Shown here one piece after another: positions 1 through 10,600 of a stretch of 51,728 nt of DNA. This DNA is from Candidatus Brocadiia bacterium. GTDB taxonomy: Bacteria; Planctomycetota; Brocadiia; CAIUPP01. The notes beneath the pieces are model-generated. The model was given only the letters and a program-made list of their open reading frames with translations. It was not told the origin of the DNA and searched no databases. The DNA lies in assembly GCA_050015075.1 (NCBI GenBank), contig JBEKCB010000036.1, positions 1-51,728 of the forward strand, in the 5' to 3' direction. Made by a program: the position numbers and the translations under genes. Position 1 is the stretch's first letter; every line of letters starts with the position of its first letter.

Positions 1-103
1 CTTCCGCTTCCTCAATGAAAGACGGGCCGGCAAACCTTGCTCGGAGTTCAAGGCCGCTCTCACGGCCGCTTGAGTGGAAAGAGGATATGCCCTTCACTCC
101 AAT

Positions 104-2386
104 TTACACACAAGAGTTGACACTACCCGGTTCGGCAGCGCGCCGCCAGATCCATAGCGTCGCGAGACTCAGCGGCGCGACGCCGGCGCCGATGAAGATC
201 AGGTCCGCCGGCATCCGCAGCCACTCGAAGATGAGAACGTGGCGCTGGTCCAGGAATGCCGGCGAGCGCGCGTGCCAGTATCCGTTCCGGATCGAGTCCA
301 GGAACTGGAGCACACCGCTGGGGAACAGGCTCAACGCGACCATCAGCGCCAGGCCGATGTTGAGGCCCCAGAACGAAACGCGGATGTACTTCTCGACTTT
401 CCGCCAGTCGGCCTCCGTCGCCGACTGCCGCAGGACGAAGACCAGCAGCGCCACGCCGAGCATTCCGAAGACGCCCATCAGCGCGCCGTGCGCGTGGTTC
501 GGGGTCAGGTTCGTGCCTACCTCGTAATAGCTCACGACCGGCAGGTTGATCAGGAAGCCGAACACACCCGCGCCGATGAAGTTCCACACGCCGACCGAGA
601 TCAGGAAATAGAACGTCCACTTGTGCGGGATGCCGATGCGCTGTCCGCAGATTTCGCATTCCGATCGCATGAGCCGCATGAAGTCCGAGGCGTCCAGCGT
701 CAGCAGGATCAGCGGCACCACTTCCATCGCCGAGAACGTGGAGGAGAGCGCCAGCGACGCGGCCGATTGGCCCGTCCAGTACCAGTGATGGCCTGTGCCG
801 ATGATGCCGCCGCCGAGGAACAGGATGGCGTCGAGATAGATCACGCGCGTGGCCGTCTTCCGCGTGACCATGTTCAGCTTGTAGAACATCACCGCCACCA
901 TCACCGTCACGAACAGCTCGAAGAACCCTTCAACCCAGAGATGGATGATCCAGAACCGCCACGTGTCCGCCACGGTGAAGTGGCTCGCGGTGTTGAAGAA
1001 AAATGCCGGCAGATAAAAGAACGGGATCGCGAAGGCCGAGAGCAGGAACAAGGTGGTGATTTCGCGCTCGGGGGGATCGCGGCGCGCCGGGCCGACGGCG
1101 CGAACGAGCAGGATCGTCCACACGATGAGCCCGACCACGAGCAGAATCTGCCACACGCGGCCGATCTCGAGGTATTCCCAGCCCTGGCTGCCGAACCAGA
1201 ACCACATTTTACCGAGGAGTTGCTTCAGCCCGAACGCCTCTCCCAGCAGGCTGCCCGCAATCACCACCGCCAGCGCGACAAACAGGAAATGGATGCCGGC
1301 GATCTGGCCGCGCGGCTCCTGCTTTCCCAGCGCCGCGGCGAGGAACAGCCCGCCGCCGACGTAACAGGTCGCGATCCAGAAGATGGCCAACTGAAGATGC
1401 CACGTTCGCAGCAGGCTGCTCGGCAGGAACGACGGCAGATTGAACCCGTAGAAACTCTGAGGCTCGACGCGGTAGTGCGCCAGCGCGCCACCCGCTAACA
1501 CCTGCGCGAGGAAAAGCAGCGAGGCGACGGCGAAATACTTCAGCGTCGCCCGCTGCGTCCGGCTCGCGCCGCCGGGCAGCAACTCCGGATGGATATGCGG
1601 CTTGCGGCCGGACCAACCCAGGTAATCAAACCGGCCGAACGCGAACAGCACCGCCGCGGTCCCGGCCAGCAGGGCGATCAGGCTCAGCGCGCTCCAGAGG
1701 ACGGCTTCGGACGACGGCCCGTTGCCGATCGCCGGCTCATAGGGAAAATTATTCGTGTAGGAATAGCTCTTCCCGGGAACGCGCGCCGTCTCGGCCCACG
1801 CGGCCCAGGAGAAGAACGAGGTGAGTTGGCGAAGCTCTTCGGGATCCGAGATCGTCCCGGCCGGCAGTCCGCGGCTGGCGCGCGAGCCGGCGAAGTAATC
1901 GCGCCATTGCCCGATCTGCTTGCGGAAGGAAGCCGCTTCCGCGTCGGTGAACGCCAGCGTCCGCGTGCGCGCGTCGTAGCGGTTCTGCGACAACAGCTCG
2001 CGGACTTGCCCGGTGAGCATGGCCCGCTCGGGCGGCGCGAGTTCAGCGACGGGACGTTGAAAGTTCCGCTGCGCCAGGATGTCGTCCGCGTCCAACGCCA
2101 GTTGATGCAGATAGGCCGCCGAAAAATCCGGCCCCATGTACGCTCCGTGCCCCCAGAGCGTGCCATTGTCCATCAGCCCATGTTTGAGGAAAACCTGCTG
2201 GCCGGCGGTGATATCCGCGCCGGTAAAGAGCGTGATTCCGCCGGCATCCACGACCTTTTCAGGGATCGGCGGGCCGATCTGGTACGTCCTCACGGCGATC
2301 CAGATCAGCACGGCGAACCCGGCGGCCATAACCGACAGCACGCCGTATCGCCAACCGCGCGAGAGTTCCCGATCGTCCTCATGCAT
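104..2386 (-). CDS. norB: Quinol-dependent nitric oxide reductase (qNor, long-chain NorB/NorZ)
   Basis: GTLWGHGAYMGPDF, YTNNFP, RTWHLQ, HLWVEGFFE, GTGHHWYW, MEVVP and NHAHGALMG motifs; many TM helices; start moved to ATG 2386 behind GGAGG. Confidence 0.95.
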   Translation of the reverse strand: MHEDDRELSRGWRYGVLSVMAAGFAVLIWIAVRTYQIGPPIPEKVVDAGGITLFTGADITAGQQVFLKHGLMDNGTLWGHGAYMGPDFSAAYLHQLALDADDILAQRNFQRPVAELAPPERAMLTGQVRELLSQNRYDARTRTLAFTDAEAASFRKQIGQWRDYFAGSRASRGLPAGTISDPEELRQLTSFFSWAAWAETARVPGKSYSYTNNFPYEPAIGNGPSSEAVLWSALSLIALLAGTAAVLFAFGRFDYLGWSGRKPHIHPELLPGGASRTQRATLKYFAVASLLFLAQVLAGGALAHYRVEPQSFYGFNLPSFLPSSLLRTWHLQLAIFWIATCYVGGGLFLAAALGKQEPRGQIAGIHFLFVALAVVIAGSLLGEAFGLKQLLGKMWFWFGSQGWEYLEIGRVWQILLVVGLIVWTILLVRAVGPARRDPPEREITTLFLLSAFAIPFFYLPAFFFNTASHFTVADTWRFWIIHLWVEGFFELFVTVMVAVMFYKLNMVTRKTATRVIYLDAILFLGGGIIGTGHHWYWTGQSAASLALSSTFSAMEVVPLILLTLDASDFMRLMRSECEICGQRIGIPHKWTFYFLISVGVWNFIGAGVFGFLINLPVVSYYEVGTNLTPNHAHGALMGVFGMLGVALLVFVLRQSATEADWRKVEKYIRVSFWGLNIGLALMVALSLFPSGVLQFLDSIRNGYWHARSPAFLDQRHVLIFEWLRMPADLIFIGAGVAPLSLATLWIWRRAAEPGSVNSCV

Positions 2387-2407
2387 CCAGGCGCCCTCCA
2401 AGCGTCG

Positions 2408-3238
2408 TCACGTCAGTTGGAGCGTCAGGCAGCGCGCCGCGCCGCCGGCCTTGCGGAACTCCGACAGGTCCAGCGGGAAAACAGTGAATCCGCGCCGCTT
2501 CAGCTCGCGCGCCAGGGATCGGCACGGCGCCGAAATCACCGCTTTTCGGCCGACCGAGACGGCATTGCACGCGAACTGGTACGCCTCCTCGTGCCGCACC
2601 GGCAAGAGGTCGGCGACGTTCTCCCGGATGACTCGCCGGCCGTAGCCGTCGAATGCGCCCGGGTAGTACAGCGCCAATTCCTTCGACAGCGGCATGAAGC
2701 AGGTGTCGAGATGATAGAAGTACGGGTTGACCAATTCGAGCGAGAGCACGCGCACGCCCAACGCCCTCCCGGCGGCGGCGTGAGTCTGGATGTCGCTGCG
2801 GAACCGGTAGCCCGCGAACAACCGATCACCCATCAGGAGCGCGTCGCCCGCGCCCTCGAACGAATGCCCGGCGGGCAGCGCGAGGACGCGATACCCATGC
2901 GCGCGGAACCAGCGCGTGAAATGCGGCTCCTCGCCCGCGCGCTCGCGGTATCGGAACCGGCTGGGGATGAAAATGCCTCGATGCGCGAGCCCGGCGTTGG
3001 CCGTAAACGTCATGTCCGGCAGCCCCGGCCGCGCCCGGCAGCAATGCACCGTCGCGCCGAGGTCTTCCTGAAGGGTCCTCCGCAGGCTCTGCCATTGCCT
3101 CAGCGCCAGCGGCCGGTTCGGCTGGCGGCGGCGGTCCATCCACGGATTAATGACGTATGCGATGCCGTAGAAGGTCGGACGGCACATGAAGAAATGATGG
3201 CGCGACGAGGAGGAGCGCTTGCTTTCATCGCGGCTCAC
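2408..3238 (-). CDS. Amidinotransferase-fold arginine dihydrolase (stand-alone ArgZ/AgrE N-terminal domain)
   Basis: YVINPWM, PDMTFTANAG, FEGAGD, FYHLDTCF and KAGGAARCLT motifs; GTG start at 3238 overlaps the upstream TGA (GTGA). Confidence 0.85.
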   Translation of the reverse strand: MSRDESKRSSSSRHHFFMCRPTFYGIAYVINPWMDRRRQPNRPLALRQWQSLRRTLQEDLGATVHCCRARPGLPDMTFTANAGLAHRGIFIPSRFRYRERAGEEPHFTRWFRAHGYRVLALPAGHSFEGAGDALLMGDRLFAGYRFRSDIQTHAAAGRALGVRVLSLELVNPYFYHLDTCFMPLSKELALYYPGAFDGYGRRVIRENVADLLPVRHEEAYQFACNAVSVGRKAVISAPCRSLARELKRRGFTVFPLDLSEFRKAGGAARCLTLQLT

Positions 3239-4458
3239 AGTTTCACCTTCAGCTCGAGCAACAGCTCGCGCAGGAACGGCTGCACGTCGGTGACGATGCC
3301 GATGGTCTGGAACGTGCCGCGGTCCATGAGCTTGGTCACGGCGCTCGGCTGGATGTCCGCGCAGACGACGCGCGTGTGCGCGGGGAGCATGTTGCCGGTC
3401 GCCACCGAGTGAAGGAGCGTGGCGACCATGATCGCCAGCCGGACATCGCGGGTGCGGCGGCGCATCTCGCGCTGCGCTTTTGTCACGTCGGAGATGACTT
3501 CCGGCAGCGGCCCGTCGTCGCGGATCGAGCCGGCGAGGACGACCTCGACTCCCTGCCTGACGCACGCGCGCATGATGCCGCTCTTCAGGATGCGCTTCTC
3601 CACCGCGCGCCGGATTCCGCCGGCAGCGCGGATGGTGTTGATCGCGCGGAGATGGTTCTCGTGCCCGGAGCGCGTGAGCGCGCCCTCGCGCAGCTCTACG
3701 CCGAGCGACGTCCCCATCAGCGCGGACTCGATGTCGTGCGCGGCGAGGGCGTTGCCGGCGAAGAGCCTCTGCATGTAGCCCGCCGTGATGAGCCGCTCGA
3801 GCAGCGGTCCCGCGCCCGAGTGCACGATGGCCGGCCCGCAGACCCAGAGAATCGGCCGGCCGGCCGCGCGCTCCTGTTTCATCAGCCTCGCGACGGACCG
3901 GATGAGCGCGCTTTTCGGCTTCTCGGTCGAGACCTCGCTGGTCATGAACTCGAAGTCCTCCGGCCGGCGGCGCATTTCGAGCGGGATCACGCGCACGCCC
4001 TGCTCGCCGACGACGATCCGGTCGCCGCGCCTCACGTCCGCCATCTTGATCGTCTCGGCCGCGCGTCCGGATGCGCCGATGCGGATGCCGCAGTCCATTT
4101 CCGGATTCTTGACGCCGACCCAGCGCCCGCGCAGGCGAACCTCGGTATCGAGATTGGTCGTTGCGTAGAAGCCCTTCGGGAAAATGCCTTTTTGTGCTGC
4201 GCGTTCCAGGCGGACCTCTCGGCGCTCCACCGGCTCAGCGCCGTAGCGCCCCACCGCGTGCAGGATGGTCTCCAGCATCTTCGGGTCGCGGTGCGCGATC
4301 AGGATGCGGGCGAAACTCGTGTCCTGCGCCCGCGCGCCGACCTTGATCTGCTGAATCTCGAAGCATGCCTTCCGCGACATGATCACGTCCAGCACGCGCG
4401 GCAGGACGAGCGAGTCAATCAGGTGCCCCCTGAGTTCGACGATTTCCTGCGCCACCAT
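3235..4458 (-). CDS. TIGR00300/LOR-SDH family protein, putative ornithine cyclodeaminase (ArgZ/AgrE C-terminal part)
   Basis: LRGHLIDS, FYATTN, EMDC, FEFMTSEVSTEKP, GNALAAHDIE, LAGSIRDDGPLP and KLMDRGT motifs; ATG 4458 with GGAGG. Confidence 0.9.
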   Translation of the reverse strand: MVAQEIVELRGHLIDSLVLPRVLDVIMSRKACFEIQQIKVGARAQDTSFARILIAHRDPKMLETILHAVGRYGAEPVERREVRLERAAQKGIFPKGFYATTNLDTEVRLRGRWVGVKNPEMDCGIRIGASGRAAETIKMADVRRGDRIVVGEQGVRVIPLEMRRRPEDFEFMTSEVSTEKPKSALIRSVARLMKQERAAGRPILWVCGPAIVHSGAGPLLERLITAGYMQRLFAGNALAAHDIESALMGTSLGVELREGALTRSGHENHLRAINTIRAAGGIRRAVEKRILKSGIMRACVRQGVEVVLAGSIRDDGPLPEVISDVTKAQREMRRRTRDVRLAIMVATLLHSVATGNMLPAHTRVVCADIQPSAVTKLMDRGTFQTIGIVTDVQPFLRELLLELKVKL

Positions 4459-4586
4459 TGCCCTCCGAGCGAAAAGTCCGCCGCGTTGCCCCATGCGAGG
4501 ACACCAGATCCCTTTGGTAGTGTATCAACAGGACCACGCGGTTGCCAGAGCCAGGAACGGACTTCCCGATCACCGGCATATGGCGC

Positions 4587-4615
4587 TTGAGGATCATGCG
4601 CGCACGGCCTATAAT
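4587..4615 (+). promoter_or_regulatory. Sigma70-type promoter for putA
   Basis: TTGAGG-N17-TATAAT about 50 bp upstream of ATG 4664. Confidence 0.65.
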
Positions 4616-4663
4616 CGGATTGAAGGGCGCTGGGGCGCTCGACCTCTGGGCGGGAGACGACAG

Positions 4664-7621
4664 ATGATTGAAGAGAGAAGCATCGAGGTTCTCACCGACC
4701 GCATCGGCCGCGAACTCCTGCAGCGAATCGAGGCTGCGAGGCCCAAGGATTATCGGGAGAAACTGGAAGCCGATCCGCTCATGGTCTGGAGCCGCGGCGG
4801 ACCGCGATTTCTCTCCGACGTCCTCCGCTTCGTGGATGTTTTTCCGGCCATTCGCAGCGACGCGGAGTTGATGGAATACCTGGCGGCCTACGTCGGCGAC
4901 CCGAAGCGGATTCTCATCGGCGCGGGCGCGCAGACCGACGACCTGCCGAAGGCGGTCCGTACACTCGTCGAGAATCTCAAGGCCCGGTTCGTCGCGGGCG
5001 AGACGATTGCTGAGGCCGTGGAGCAATGTCGCGGGCTGCGCCACGCGCGCTTCGGGTTCACGCTCGACCTCCTCGGCGAGGCGGTGACCAGCGAGCGCGA
5101 GGCGGAACAGTACCGGGACGCGTACCTGGAGCTCATCCGCGCCGCGGCACCGGCGGTGGCCGACTGGCCCGCCACACCGCCGGCGGGCAAGCCGGAGCGC
5201 GCATCGGCGGACCGATGCAGCCACGGCCGCATCCCGCGGCTGAATCTCTCGATCAAGCTCTCCTCGCTCTACAGCCGGTTCGACCCGATTGACCCGCTCG
5301 GCTCCGCCGAGGGCGCCGCGCCGCGGCTGCGCGCGCTCCTGGCCGCCGCACGTGCGCAGGGCGCGGCGATCAACGTGGACATGGAGCAATACGCGCTCAA
5401 GGATCTGACTCTTGAGGTTTTCAAGAAGGTGCTTCTGGAGCCGGAGTTCCGCGACTGGCCCGACGTGAGCATCACGATCCAGACCTACCTCCGCGAGAAC
5501 CGCGCCGACTTGGCTGCGCTGGCCGAGTGGGTGGAGAAGCGCGGCGCGCCGATCAACGTGCGCCTCGTCAAGGGCGCGTACTGGGACCACGAGGTGCAGC
5601 AGGCGCAGTACCGCAACTGGCCGTCGCCGGTGTACCTGACGAAGGAAGAGACCGACCGCGAGTTCGAGGCCGGAATCCGGTTCCTGCTGGAGCACCACGA
5701 GGCGCTCCGGCCGGCGATCGCCAGCCACAATGTGCGCAGCGCCGCGCGCGCGATGGCCGTCGCGGAACTGCTCGGATTGCCGCGCGACTGTGTGGAGTTC
5801 CAGACGCTGTACGGCCTTGGAGCGGAGTTGCGGCGCGCGCTGATTGAGATGGGTTTCCGGATGCGCGTGTACCGTCCGTTCGGCGCGCTAGTTCCGGGCA
5901 TGGCGTACCTTGTCCGGCGCGTCCTGGAAGTCACTTCCAAAGCGGGATTCCTGCAGCAGATGGCCGCCTCGCCGCTGCCGGCAGCCGGGCTGCTGGCGAC
6001 GCCGAGCCCGCCGGAGATGCCGCAGGGCCGGATTGAGCGCGTCGGGCTCGACGCGCCGTTCCGGAACGAGCCGGTCTCCGATTTCTCCCGGCGTGACGCG
6101 CGTGACGAACTGAGCGCCGCGATCGAGCGCGTCCGCGGCGAATTGTGCCGATTCTATCCACTCTGGATCGGCGACCATACGGAATCGGCGGGCGAGGAGT
6201 TGATCTCGGTCAATCCCTCAGCCAAGTCGGAAGTCGTCGGCCGCGTGGCGTGCGCCTCTCGCAAAGACGCTGCGAAGGCGGTCCGCGCCGCCGAGCGGGC
6301 GTTTCCGGCGTGGTCGAGGACGCCGCCGCGAGAGCGCGCCGCCCTGCTGCTTCGCTCCGCCGCTCTAATGCGGCGGAGGCGCTTCGAGCTGGCGGCGTGG
6401 GAAATCCTCGAGGAGGCCAAGTCCTGGCGCGAGGCGGATGCCGATGTCGCCGAGGCGATTGACCATCTCGAGTATTACGCGCGCGAAATGGCGCGGCTCG
6501 CGGCGCCGCGGCGGCGCGACGTGCCGGGCGAGGACAACGAGTGCCTTTACGAACCGCGCGGCGTGGCCGTTGCGATCACGCCGTGGAATTTTCCGCTCGC
6601 CATTCTGACCGGCGCGACTTCCGCCGCCGCCGTCGCCGGGAATGCCGTCATCATGAAGCCGGCCGAGCAGTCCTCCGTCGTCGCGGCGAAGCTGATGGAA
6701 ATCTGGAACGAGGCGGGCGCGCCGCCGGGTGTGATCCAGTACCTGCCGGGCCGCGGCGAAATCGCAGGCGAATTCCTGGTGCGCCATCCGCGCGTGCAGA
6801 TCATCGCGTTCACCGGCTCGCTGGCCGTCGGACTGCGGATTCAGCGCCTGGCCGCGCGCGTCGGGCCGAAGCAGCGCGACCTCAAGCGCGTGATCGCGGA
6901 AATGGGCGGGAAGAACGCCATCATCGTGGACCGCGACGCCGATCTCGACCAGGCGGTGCCCGGAGTCGTCGTCTCCGCCTTCGGTTATCAGGGGCAGAAA
7001 TGCTCGGCCTGCTCGCGAGTGATCGTGCACCGAGCGGTCTATTCCGTTTTTCTCGAGCGGCTGGTCGAGGCGACGCGGAGCCTGCCGATCGGCCCGGCGC
7101 AGGACCCGCATGCCGCGCTGGGGCCGCTCATCAGCGACGAGGCCGCGGGCAAAGTGCGGAAGTACATGGAACTCGCGCGCGATTCAGGGCGCATTGCGTA
7201 CCAGGCGACGACGCCGGAGACGGAAGGTTTTTACGTCGGGCCGATGATCCTGGCGGAGGTCGCTCCGGGTTCGCGCCTGGCCACTGAGGAGGTTTTCGGG
7301 CCTTTGCTGTGCGTGATGGAGGCGGAGGATTTCGATCAGGCCATCGGCATCGCTAACGAGCCGCGCTACGGACTGACCGGCGGACTTTACAGCAGAAATC
7401 CGGACCACCTCCGGCGGTTCAAGTCCGAGTGCCGCGCGGGCAACCTCTATGCGAACCGGCCGATCACCGGCGCGCTGGTGGACCGGCAGCCGTTCGGCGG
7501 CATCGGGCTTTCGGGCGCCGGCTCGAAGGCGGGCGGGCCGGACTACCTGCTCCAGTTCATGCAGCCGAAGAACTGCACGGAATACACTGTGCGCCGTGGC
7601 TTCGCGCCGCCGCGGGATTGA
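4664..7621 (+). CDS. putA: Bifunctional proline dehydrogenase / P5C dehydrogenase PutA
   Basis: PRODH motifs (DLLGE, DMEQY, RLVKGAYWD, ASHN, AYLVRR) fused to ALDH motifs (PWNFP, FTGS, EMGGKN, GQKCSACS, EEVFGP, QPFGG); start moved to ATG 4664. Confidence 0.95.
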   Translation: MIEERSIEVLTDRIGRELLQRIEAARPKDYREKLEADPLMVWSRGGPRFLSDVLRFVDVFPAIRSDAELMEYLAAYVGDPKRILIGAGAQTDDLPKAVRTLVENLKARFVAGETIAEAVEQCRGLRHARFGFTLDLLGEAVTSEREAEQYRDAYLELIRAAAPAVADWPATPPAGKPERASADRCSHGRIPRLNLSIKLSSLYSRFDPIDPLGSAEGAAPRLRALLAAARAQGAAINVDMEQYALKDLTLEVFKKVLLEPEFRDWPDVSITIQTYLRENRADLAALAEWVEKRGAPINVRLVKGAYWDHEVQQAQYRNWPSPVYLTKEETDREFEAGIRFLLEHHEALRPAIASHNVRSAARAMAVAELLGLPRDCVEFQTLYGLGAELRRALIEMGFRMRVYRPFGALVPGMAYLVRRVLEVTSKAGFLQQMAASPLPAAGLLATPSPPEMPQGRIERVGLDAPFRNEPVSDFSRRDARDELSAAIERVRGELCRFYPLWIGDHTESAGEELISVNPSAKSEVVGRVACASRKDAAKAVRAAERAFPAWSRTPPRERAALLLRSAALMRRRRFELAAWEILEEAKSWREADADVAEAIDHLEYYAREMARLAAPRRRDVPGEDNECLYEPRGVAVAITPWNFPLAILTGATSAAAVAGNAVIMKPAEQSSVVAAKLMEIWNEAGAPPGVIQYLPGRGEIAGEFLVRHPRVQIIAFTGSLAVGLRIQRLAARVGPKQRDLKRVIAEMGGKNAIIVDRDADLDQAVPGVVVSAFGYQGQKCSACSRVIVHRAVYSVFLERLVEATRSLPIGPAQDPHAALGPLISDEAAGKVRKYMELARDSGRIAYQATTPETEGFYVGPMILAEVAPGSRLATEEVFGPLLCVMEAEDFDQAIGIANEPRYGLTGGLYSRNPDHLRRFKSECRAGNLYANRPITGALVDRQPFGGIGLSGAGSKAGGPDYLLQFMQPKNCTEYTVRRGFAPPRD

Positions 7622-7648
7622 CACGGCGCCGGCCGGGAACGCAAGGCG

Positions 7649-10600
7649 TCACAGTCCCTGCAGCACCAGGGCGGCGTCGGCCGCTTCCGGGAAGTCCTTC
7701 GAAATGGCCAGCGCCTGCTCCAGCTCCGCGCGGGCTTCGTCGCGCCGGCCGACCTTCAGGAGCGCCTTGCCCAGGTGATATCGCACCGTGGGCTCATCCG
7801 GCAGGCCGGTCTTCGCTTTGGCGAGTTTGGGCAACGCCTCGTCATACTTTCCCTTCAGGTAGAGGATCCAGCCGCACGTATCCTGAATGGCCGGGTGCCG
7901 GGGATCCAGTTTCTCGGCCTGTTCGGCGAGCGGCATGGCCGACTCCAGGTCGTCGCGCCGGAGGGCGTACAGCAAAGCGAGGTTATTGAGGGCATAGGCC
8001 TTGACCGAGTCCTGAGTCATGGCCGCCTGATAGCTGGCGATGGCCGGTTCAAGGCGGTTTTGGTCCTCGTAGATTTTCCCCAGGAGCAACTGAATCATCG
8101 CGGCATCGTCCGCCTTGGCCACGGTCAAGGAATCCTCAAGGACTTGGACGGCTTTCTCGACTTCGTGATTGCGCTGGTAGCTCTCCGCCAGAAGAGACCT
8201 GGCCCTGAGGAACTTCGGGTGCCCGGCGATGATCTGGCGATACTGCTCGATCGCGGCCTCATGATTTCCGGCGGTGTCGAGCAATTGGGCCTGCCAGCAG
8301 GCCGCAAGCGGCTCATCCGGCAGCAGCTTCCGGACGAGGTCTGCCTGCTGCAGCGCTGCGTCCGGAAACGCGAGAGTGGTGAGGAACATCAGGAGATTCA
8401 GCCGCGCCGCCGCCTCGCGGCGCACGGCCTCCGGCGCGGCGACCACGGCCTGCAAGAGCGCCAGGCGGTCTTCCGGCGCCCCGAAGTCGCCCTTGGCCAG
8501 CAGGTCGCTCAAGGCGGTTGCGGTCTGAAGATCGGCCTCGCCGGCGCGCAGGACCGCGTAGTACCAGCGCGGCGAGTCGAGGAGGCTCGATGGACCCTGG
8601 GCGCTGGTGGAGATTTCTTTCAGGATGTCGCCGGCTTCCTGGACCTTGCCGTCGGCCTGAAGCGCGACGGCCAGAAACGTCTGCATCTCGTCCGTCCGCG
8701 ATTTTTCGACGACTTTTCGGAGAAGCGCCACCGCGTCGGACGTGCGGTTCTCCTGGAGGTCCAGATATGCGCGCCGCTGGGCAAGCGGGAAATCCGGCGC
8801 CAGGTTGAGCGCCGCGTCGAACGCAGATCGCGCCCCTTTCAGGTCGCCTCGCCTCCACAGGAGTTCGGCCAGGGCGACCTGGGCCACCGGATTCGACGGG
8901 CTGCGCTCAACGTACGACTTCGCCAGCGTGACGGCCTGGTCCAACTGGCCCTCGCGCAGATACGAGTCCAGGACCACGGCCCAGACCTGCTCCGACCCGG
9001 CCTGGACGGACGCGCGGTCCAGGACGGCGGAGGCGCCGCCGACGTCCTTCATGCGGATCAGGACCTCGACGAGGCCGGAGACGGCCTTCATGTCGTTAGG
9101 CTCGGAAGCCAGCACAGACTCATAGACCGCCTTGGCCTGCGCGTCCTGCTTGAGCTGCGTGTACAACCGCGCCAATTCGTACGCATAGAGCGCGGTGTTC
9201 GGATACGCTTTCCGGAGATCCTCGTAGATGGCGACAGCTTCCGAAGTCGAGCCGTTTTGCGCGAGGAGCCGGGCGATAAAGAGGCGGATGCGTGCGCCTT
9301 TCCCGGGCGCGACCTTGAACGCCACGTATTCGGTCTGCAGGAGTTTCAGCGCCCGGTCGCTCTGGCCGCGGGCGATCATCGCCTCCGCGTGCAGCAGTAT
9401 GAGATCCTCGATCTTCTCCAGCCCGAGCCCGGCCGCCTGGTACTGCTCCCGCGCGAGCTGGAACGCTTCCGGGCGATCCGGGAAAAGGCCGAACGCTTTC
9501 ACCGCATTGTCGAGCGCGGTCCGCTGGCCGACCTCTTTCTCGGCGCCGCCCAGGGCCAGGCAGGACTTATACCGGGCCTCTACAAGTTCGCTCTGCTGAC
9601 GGACGTTGGTGGCGAAAACGCCGTCGAGGTCCTCGATGGTCTTGCGGTAGTTCTCGACCGCCTGCTGGACGTTGCCCACCCTCATGAGCGCCTCCGCCAG
9701 GCACAGGCGCGCCTGCGGCCACTTCATCTTCGGATCGGTGAACACGTTCTGGAGCAGATTCACCGCCTCGTTGGGCTGGTCCTCATGCAACAGAATCCGG
9801 CCCATGTCCAGACCGGCCTTGCCGCCCTGCGGATCGAGTTCCAAGAGCTTGCGCCCCACGTCGGCGGCCTCGGACCAGCGCTCCGCATCAATGAGGATGT
9901 CCGCTTTCATCAGCAGGTCCGGAAGGCTGTCCACGCGCTGTTGGAGCAGCGCGTTGGCGTGCTCGATCGCGCGGTCATAGTCGCCAGCGTACCATTCGGC
10001 GATGGCCATAAACTGGAGCGCATCGGCCGGGACGGGATTGCGGTTCATAAGCGGTTGAAGGATGTCCCGGGCCTGCTGGGGCCTCGGCAGATACGCCTCC
10101 ACGGCGTAGCGCGCGATGCCCACTCTGGGGGCGCTGGAATTCGGATCCCTCCGAACCGCCTCGGAATAGGCTGCGACAGCTTCATTTTGGACTGAGCGCA
10201 CCTTCGGTAGCAGAGCGAGGATTTCCGCCTCTTTCGCCGTCGCCTCTTCGTTCCGCTGAAGCTCTCGCGTCCGGTCGTATTCCTTGACGAGGATTTCCCA
10301 TTCGCGCACGGAGATGCGGCTCTTCAGCCCGTAGATGTCTCCCAGTTGCGAATAAGCGTCGGAAGGGTCTTTGGCTTTATCCGCGCACCGCGTCGCCAGT
10401 TCGATCGCCGGGTCGACGTCGGCAGCGATGGCCTCTTCGCAGATTGCAACGGTGAGGATCTCGCCCGCCGCGGCCAGGCGCTGGTCGGCGCGGGCGACAT
10501 AGATCTTGGCCTTCAGGAGCCCCGCATCGCTCTCCGGCAATCCGTTCTTGACGGCCGAATCCACTTCCGAGACCGCCCGGGTGAATTCTTTGCGCATGAT

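Noticed and set aside
2-73. Possible 3' end of a plus-strand gene at the window edge
   Set aside because: Only 23 codons with no recognisable motif.
104-2386. NO dismutase (Nod) interpretation of the NorB gene
   Set aside because: Canonical qNor residues are intact (HLWVEGFFE, GTGHH, RTWH, RMPAD); Nod-type substitutions are not seen.
1589-3412. Long antisense or alternate-frame ORFs (also 7775-10195, 21062-22630, 30817-32592, 39645-42422, 43943-47518, 48499-50871)
   Set aside because: Shadows of well-supported genes, as expected at high GC; no motifs of their own.
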